Assembly (NCBI GenBank): GCA_964632315.1
Contig: CAZWEM010000008.1
Location: 1 to 64,000 of the forward strand
DNA: 64,000 nucleotides
Reading direction: 5' to 3'
DNA from: an uncultured archaeon
GTDB taxonomy: Archaea; Asgardarchaeota; Lokiarchaeia; Sigyniarchaeales; SOKP01
Made by a program: the position numbers and the translations under genes. Positions 58,278-64,000 of this stretch are shown piece after piece (the stretch's first letter is position 1; the number at the start of each line of letters is the position of its first letter). The notes beneath the pieces are model-generated. The model searched no databases. It was not told the DNA's origin and worked only from the letters and a program-made list of their open reading frames with translations.

Positions 58278-60854
58278 ATGTTGTTTTTATGTATTGAGAA
58301 TCTCATTCCTTTAGACGTACAAATTGAAGAAATATCGATAATTCCGAATCCACGCAATCTCAAATTTATTGAAGATGGATGTATAAAAATCAGTGCAAAC
58401 TCTTCAATATCTCACAATTTGCCTTTCAACTCGGTTTATTTAATCGATAATTTAATGGAACACTTACTTAATAGTGGATTAAATTCCAAAATACCAGTCA
58501 AAAATAATGATAGTTACGATTATGATAAACTTCTAAAACTCTGTGAGATTAATTTTCCGAATAAATTTGCTGAAATAAAGAATCAAGAACTATTCAAGAC
58601 ACAAGGTTATATCCTCGCGATATCAGATAATAATATTAACATAATTGGAGATACTTCCCAAGGTATTTTTTATGGAATTCAAAGTTTATTACAAATTTTT
58701 GATTCTTACAACGATCACCTTATTTGCAATCATTTAGTTATAATTGATTATCCTCTACTCAAAATTCGGGGGATTTCAGATGATATTTCTCGAGGACAAG
58801 CACCCACGTTAGAAAATCTAAAGAAGTTCATGACTATTTTAAGTCATTATAAAATTAATCAATACTATTTAGTCTACATGCAAGACATGTATCAATTTAA
58901 AAATCATAGAGAGATTTGGGAGAGAAGAGGTGCTTATTCAAAAGAAGAATTGATAAGTTTAGTAGAACATGCAAGAAAATGTTTTATAGAGATCATACCA
59001 ATTTTTCAAACAGTTGGACATTGGGATAACATACTCTTCCATAAAACCTATTGGAAATACGGTGAATTTCCAGGATCTAATAGTTTAAATTTAGCAAACG
59101 AAGAAATTTATCAATTATTAGAGGAAATGATTGAAGAATTGAGTGAAGTGTTTGAATCTAAGTATTTTCACATTGCAGCTGATGAAAGTTGGGATGTTGG
59201 AAGGGGAAAGTCAAAAAATTATATCCAAAAAGTAGGTATTGAACAAGCATATCTCACACATTACAAAAAAGTTTATGATATTGTTAAAAAACATGGTTTT
59301 GAAAAAGTGATCATTTATCATGATATTTTGTATAAGCATGAATTTGTTTTGAAAAACCTACCAAAAGATATAATCGTAATGTATTGGAAATATAACCTAA
59401 AAGAAAGTCATCCCATAATTGATTTACTAAACACCCATGATTTCCCGATTCTCGTTTCTCCTTCAATTTGGGATTATAATCGGATCTTCCCTAACATTTC
59501 TAATTTTGAAAAGAATGTTAGTAATATTGCTGCATATGGGTATGCAAGAAATATCGAAGGGATAGTTACTTCTAGTTGGGGCGATTACAAGAACAAAGAA
59601 TTAAGAGAAAATCGAATTTTTGGTTTTATATATTCCGCTGAGGTTGCTTGGAACTCTAGGACTCCCGTGAATCGCTTGCAATTTTGGAAATCAGTTTTTA
59701 ATGAGCTTTTTGGTACTAAAGAGATTCTCAAAATATTTAATAAAATCAGAGAAATCCAAGATAAGAAAAAATTACGCGTAAGACCGACTTTTTATTATAA
59801 TCATTTTTTCAGTCATCCATATCGGAAAAACACCAAGGGCTTCAGACGGAGTTTAAGAACGAGCCAATTTAGCAAATTAATTAAAGAACTAGGGGAAATG
59901 ATTAATACTTATAATAGTTTGTTAAAAAATGAAGATAAAAATCATCAGTTGCTACGATCACTTATTTTCGTTCTCCAACACATGCAATTTTACTGTTCTA
60001 AAAGGATTAATTCTAAGAAACTGGTAAACTTTAATATAAAAAGAACCAATAAAACGATTCTTAATATCATTATTAAAGAAATTGAAAACTTAAAAGGCCA
60101 GTTGGAAAATCTCTTGCTTGATTATGAAAAATTATGGCTTAAAATGGCAAAACCAGATGGATTTAGATCAATAAAACAGCAATACCTTTGGTTGATTCAA
60201 TTTTATAATGATAAGATACATGAGTTAAGTGAAAGAAAGAAATGGGAGGATCCAAACATACAAAGTGAATCAATTTATCTAAAAGATAAAGAGAGCGATT
60301 CTGTTCATACAACTTCATTCAAAAAAGTCATACTGCTAAAGGATAAAGTTCAAGAAGCCCACATTCAAGTCATTGCAGGTACTTATTGTGAAATTTATAT
60401 TAATGGATCTTTCATAGGATTTGGGATCACGAGACATACTTTAAATTATGTAATTCAAGACAACAATATTAAAATTTTTGATATTACAATCAATTTAAAG
60501 AAAGGAGAAAATACCATAATCCTTAAAAATACTGATTATATTGGAGGAATGGGAATAGTAAACTTATACGGAGAAATTAGATTAGAATCAGACGAAATAA
60601 TTCAACTTAAAACGGATAAAAGCTGGCTTGGCTCAAAAGAGGACCTCGGAGAATGGAAGAAAGTAAAAAGTTTCGGGAGACCTCCAAAACTAACGGGCGG
60701 ACTCAATTATCCTGATTTCAATAAAGGATTACATTCGAAAGAAAATGAGTATGTAGCATCATTCAATACTATCTTTAGTAAAACATCCCCAAAAATACGT
60801 TGGTTAATAAAGATCTTAGTAAAAATTTTCAACCGATATGATATTTTAGAATAA
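58278..60854 (+). CDS. GH20 beta-N-acetylhexosaminidase with C-terminal beta-sandwich
   Basis: [11 protein letters not shown]; DYP...RG...DISRG; YKIN; FHIAADE. Confidence 0.9.
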   Translation: MLFLCIENLIPLDVQIEEISIIPNPRNLKFIEDGCIKISANSSISHNLPFNSVYLIDNLMEHLLNSGLNSKIPVKNNDSYDYDKLLKLCEINFPNKFAEIKNQELFKTQGYILAISDNNINIIGDTSQGIFYGIQSLLQIFDSYNDHLICNHLVIIDYPLLKIRGISDDISRGQAPTLENLKKFMTILSHYKINQYYLVYMQDMYQFKNHREIWERRGAYSKEELISLVEHARKCFIEIIPIFQTVGHWDNILFHKTYWKYGEFPGSNSLNLANEEIYQLLEEMIEELSEVFESKYFHIAADESWDVGRGKSKNYIQKVGIEQAYLTHYKKVYDIVKKHGFEKVIIYHDILYKHEFVLKNLPKDIIVMYWKYNLKESHPIIDLLNTHDFPILVSPSIWDYNRIFPNISNFEKNVSNIAAYGYARNIEGIVTSSWGDYKNKELRENRIFGFIYSAEVAWNSRTPVNRLQFWKSVFNELFGTKEILKIFNKIREIQDKKKLRVRPTFYYNHFFSHPYRKNTKGFRRSLRTSQFSKLIKELGEMINTYNSLLKNEDKNHQLLRSLIFVLQHMQFYCSKRINSKKLVNFNIKRTNKTILNIIIKEIENLKGQLENLLLDYEKLWLKMAKPDGFRSIKQQYLWLIQFYNDKIHELSERKKWEDPNIQSESIYLKDKESDSVHTTSFKKVILLKDKVQEAHIQVIAGTYCEIYINGSFIGFGITRHTLNYVIQDNNIKIFDITINLKKGENTIILKNTDYIGGMGIVNLYGEIRLESDEIIQLKTDKSWLGSKEDLGEWKKVKSFGRPPKLTGGLNYPDFNKGLHSKENEYVASFNTIFSKTSPKIRWLIKILVKIFNRYDILE

Positions 60855-60954
60855 AAAAAGAAGAGTTAATTGTGTTTTTTCACATATTAAGATTAAATAG
60901 TAATTCAAATATAAAAATCAATTAGAAAAAAAAGAAATTTATGTGAAAATGGTA

Positions 60955-61452
60955 TTAAGTCCTTTCCAGACCACATGATGTGCAAAAATTTCCTTCCATG
61001 GGTGCTCCACAAGAAGTACAAAATTTTGATTGATCTTGTGTAGCAACAGGTTTGGGCGCAGAAACTGTAGTTTGGGGCACTTCTTGAGAATATTTTTTAT
61101 TTGATTTTGCAATGCTGAACATGCATATCCCAAAGATAAGTACTAAGACCCCTGCTATTAACAAGTAAAGTCCCACTCCCGCATCAAGAGAGAGAACACC
61201 TCCTACTATAAGGAAGATTCCAATTATAAGCGCAATAATACCGCCTCTCCTTGTTTTTCCCGCACTCTCTCCAGCTTTCTTCCTCGCAGTTGCTACAGCG
61301 CTCGCTACAATTTCATCTTGTTTCGCAGCAACATCAGCAGTAATTTTTTCAAAATCAATGCTGTCAATTATTGCCCTTTCGTCTGCGGTTAATCCATCCT
61401 CATCCCTTTCGATTCCGTCAGAATATTTTTTTTTCTTAGACAAATTTATCAA
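60955..61452 (-). CDS. two-TM membrane protein with C-terminal zinc ribbon
   Basis: Two TM; FCTSCGAPMEGNFCTSCG. Confidence 0.8.
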   Translation of the reverse strand: MINLSKKKKYSDGIERDEDGLTADERAIIDSIDFEKITADVAAKQDEIVASAVATARKKAGESAGKTRRGGIIALIIGIFLIVGGVLSLDAGVGLYLLIAGVLVLIFGICMFSIAKSNKKYSQEVPQTTVSAPKPVATQDQSKFCTSCGAPMEGNFCTSCGLERT

Positions 61453-61632
61453 CCCTCTATTAATTGTGGATCATATGGTTAATTATTATTACTTAGTTGA
61501 ATTTCATTATAAATCTATCTTTTGGTAATCAAAATCAGAAGATTATAAGTTAAAAATGTCATGATTTCTAAATTAAATTGTATCAAAATACGTAATTTGG
61601 TAATATTGAAAAAAAAAATTGAATAAGTAAAA

Positions 61633-62592
61633 TTAGAAATTTGAGTAGATCATGAATTTATTATCAGATCCGATTGAGTAAATTTCGAATTTACTCCCCT
61701 TCTTGGTTTCACAGAACATTTGGATCATTGGAAACAAATAAATCTGAGAGGTAATTTGAGTATCTTTATCTTTCTCATGGGATTTATAATCGCTACCTGC
61801 TGATGAGATAGTCTTTTTAATGTTTTTATTCCAATATCCTAATGAGGGTTCTGCTTTCGATTCCAATGTTTTAAAGTCAGAAAATTTTATTCCCTCCACT
61901 TCCTCGATCATTTTATGTAAATCATCACCCATTTCCTTTTCATATTTGGTTTGGGCACTGCTATGTAAGACGGGAACACCAGTAACTACTGTTTTGAATG
62001 GTACGGGGAGAATTTGATATTTATAGAGAGTTTTGTGACCATCGCATTCCTTGCAATGTTCTCTCCTTGTACCCGTCCCATAACAAGTTCCACAAGGATA
62101 AGAAAAGGCTTTCTTTTCCTTTTTTTGATCTTCTCCAACAAAAACCGTTATGGTCTCCTCGATTTTCCCGCTTCCTCCACATGTCTTACACTTGTCCTCA
62201 AGATATCCCTTTCCGTTACACTTCTTGCAAGTTATCCCTTGTATGGTATCATGCATCGGTACCAACTCATCCCCTTTCCAATTATCTTTATTCACTTGGC
62301 CTGCTCCTTTAAACGAATAAAAATATTCACGACTGATCCTTGGAGCTGGGAGCATTTTTTCTTCCTTACCTTGGGCTGCAGGTCCTAATGATTTTTTAAC
62401 GGCAAAGTAAATTGCTGCTTCTTTCATGGTGTCTTTTACATATTCAGCCGCACTAATAACATCTAAAGAAAAAACTGCACCCTTAGTCCCAAACTGTTTC
62501 TCCATCTTTTTCTTATCTTTCCTCATGGCACTTTGCTTCCACTTTTCAAATATGTCATCAAGATTTGGAGTTTTAATTTTCACATCTGGCAT
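61633..62592 (-). CDS. DnaJ-type CxxCxGxG zinc-finger protein without J domain
   Basis: CKKCNGKG, CKTCGGSG, CGTCYGTG, CKECDGHK; no HPD motif. Confidence 0.8.
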   Translation of the reverse strand: MPDVKIKTPNLDDIFEKWKQSAMRKDKKKMEKQFGTKGAVFSLDVISAAEYVKDTMKEAAIYFAVKKSLGPAAQGKEEKMLPAPRISREYFYSFKGAGQVNKDNWKGDELVPMHDTIQGITCKKCNGKGYLEDKCKTCGGSGKIEETITVFVGEDQKKEKKAFSYPCGTCYGTGTRREHCKECDGHKTLYKYQILPVPFKTVVTGVPVLHSSAQTKYEKEMGDDLHKMIEEVEGIKFSDFKTLESKAEPSLGYWNKNIKKTISSAGSDYKSHEKDKDTQITSQIYLFPMIQMFCETKKGSKFEIYSIGSDNKFMIYSNF

Positions 62593-62706
62593 TAGTTTTC
62601 ACTCATTGAATTTTGATTTCGAATACTAAATAGTTAAATTAGATTAATTTATAATGTTATATAACAATATACAGATTTTAATTACTCTCCTATTTATTAT
62701 ACACTC

Positions 62707-62874
62707 ATGTCAGCAGAAGAACGTCAAGCAGTGGAATACTTCTTACAATGGATGACGCCTAATGGCGGCGGACTTCATGACTGGATTTCCCATTTTCTCC
62801 AGCAAGGGGACGAGGAGAAGCTTCGGCAAATTAAAGAAGTATATGATAAAATCAAGCATATTTTTGGATTTTAA
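62707..62874 (+). CDS. 55-aa hypothetical protein (missed by ORF track)
   Basis: MSAEERQAVEYFLQWMTPNGGGLHDWISHFLQQGDEEKLRQIKEVYDKIKHIFGF*; coding-like GC island after an AT-rich promoter-like region. Confidence 0.6.
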   Translation: MSAEERQAVEYFLQWMTPNGGGLHDWISHFLQQGDEEKLRQIKEVYDKIKHIFGF

Positions 62875-63152
62875 TTATTCAATAGGGTATAGCAATATCA
62901 TTAGACCTTTAGAAGAGTCAATAGCGATTTTGGAAACGCATTTGATTGCTTGTTGAATAAAAATTGCTACTAATTATAATTTACTCAGATTCTTGATCAA
63001 CTTGCTAAAAAAATATAAGATTCTATGATTTAATATACTTAGAACAACAAATATAGAAATTGTAATCACGATGGCAACAGAAAAAGAGAATATTTTTGCA
63101 AATGATAAAGGACCTTCCTGATGATAGTACATTAGAGGATATCATATATCAT

Positions 63153-63542
63153 TTATATGCTAGAAAAAAAATAATTCGCTTCAAAAACCTCTTTTGCGAT
63201 GGTCATTGCATTTAAAGCTGCTGGAAACCCTGCATAGACCGCCATTTGAATTATGATTTCTATCACTTCTTCACGTGTACATCCCACATTGAGAGCTCCA
63301 TTAATATGGACCTTTAATTGTGGTAGAGCATGTCCTAAAGCAGTCAGAGCAGCAACAGTCGCGATCTCACGCGATTTTAGATCTAAGCCTGGTCTAGAAT
63401 AAATGTCTCCAAATGGAAATTCTATTGTATATTTTCCTAAATCAGGGGCGATATCTTTTAAACTTTCGATAACATTTTCTCCAGCTTCGCCATCTATTTG
63501 TTTTAGTTTCTTCCAACCTCTCGTATAACGTTCTTCTTCCAT
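63153..63542 (-). CDS. carboxymuconolactone decarboxylase family protein (copy 2)
   Basis: 7 substitutions over the first 122 aa relative to 17971-18363. Confidence 0.92.
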   Translation of the reverse strand: MEEERYTRGWKKLKQIDGEAGENVIESLKDIAPDLGKYTIEFPFGDIYSRPGLDLKSREIATVAALTALGHALPQLKVHINGALNVGCTREEVIEIIIQMAVYAGFPAALNAMTIAKEVFEANYFFSSI

Positions 63543-64000
63543 TTTTTTCCTCCTTTCATATTATTTTTGAATTGAGAAATAATCTATTTAATAAAAGTTT
63601 TTATCGAATTTTTTTGTTCTTAACGTCTTGACAAGCTAGTTACTCATTAATATGACCCGTTAAAGCGATATCGAACCGATAATTATAATCAATTTAAGAG
63701 ATTCGTTGAGATCTTGCGACTGAGGGAAAAATCTGATCAAGAAGGAGGAGATTCTAAATCAATCTTCTCAAATGAGGTTTGAATTCAAGCTTAACTTATA
63801 TCTCACAATATTAATCTTCTTATAATTGAGGAAAAACTATATTAAAGAAATTCCCCAAATAGGTTTTAACACTAAAAAATTTTTTAAAAGTGTGTTTAAT
63901 TTGTATCCAAAGACAAAATCGATTATATTTATTTTAGGGTTATTTATTATTTTGGTAATGATTTCTACTATTCCTTCTATAAACAATATAAGCAATGAAA

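Noticed and set aside
6880-62629. Many short antisense or overlapping ORFs in the track (e.g. 6880-7125, 8089-8313, 20862-21347, 29959-30264, 48244-48675, 61998-62388)
   Set aside because: They are shadows of well-supported genes on the opposite strand or frame, with no motifs.
62762-62956. 64-aa track ORF
   Set aside because: The overlapping frame 62707-62874 looks more protein-like and fits the GC profile better.
1-64000. CRISPR arrays, tRNA/rRNA genes, IS elements, integrases
   Set aside because: No regularly spaced repeats, cloverleaf-like GC-rich segments or transposase/integrase ORFs seen by eye; tRNAscan/Infernal were not run.
1-64000. Selenocysteine (in-frame TGA) recoding
   Set aside because: The ORFs ending in TGA that I checked appear full length for their families; no truncated redox motif or convincing SECIS noticed.

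Overview
AT-rich, gene-dense archaeal chromosomal window, most likely from an Asgard archaeon of the Lokiarchaeia/Promethearchaeota type. This assignment is inferred from an Sm-rpl37e pair, tRNA splicing endonuclease, PINA ATPase and stand-alone MtrH, plus eukaryotic-signature-type proteins (ubiquitin-fold, roadblock/LC7, gelsolin-like, LRR, HEAT, Loki-CTERM-like). It holds about 60 CDS, mostly metabolic or regulatory singletons. I saw no rRNA, tRNA, CRISPR array, transposase or integrase. Best candidates for new biology: (1) a CorA/RMD1-like stalk + 2-TM + ADP-ribose-type NUDIX fusion divergently paired with nadA, a possible ADP-ribose-linked channel-enzyme; (2) two unnamed modules shuffled among a gelsolin-like protein, an LRR protein and a response regulator; (3) a ubiquitin/UFM1-like protein ending GG-Cys next to a trimeric coiled-coil/polyproline microprotein; (4) a metal-ligand-less amidohydrolase fused to YjbQ; (5) an EndA lacking the catalytic His. 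All family assignments are by motif recognition from memory; no database searches were run.
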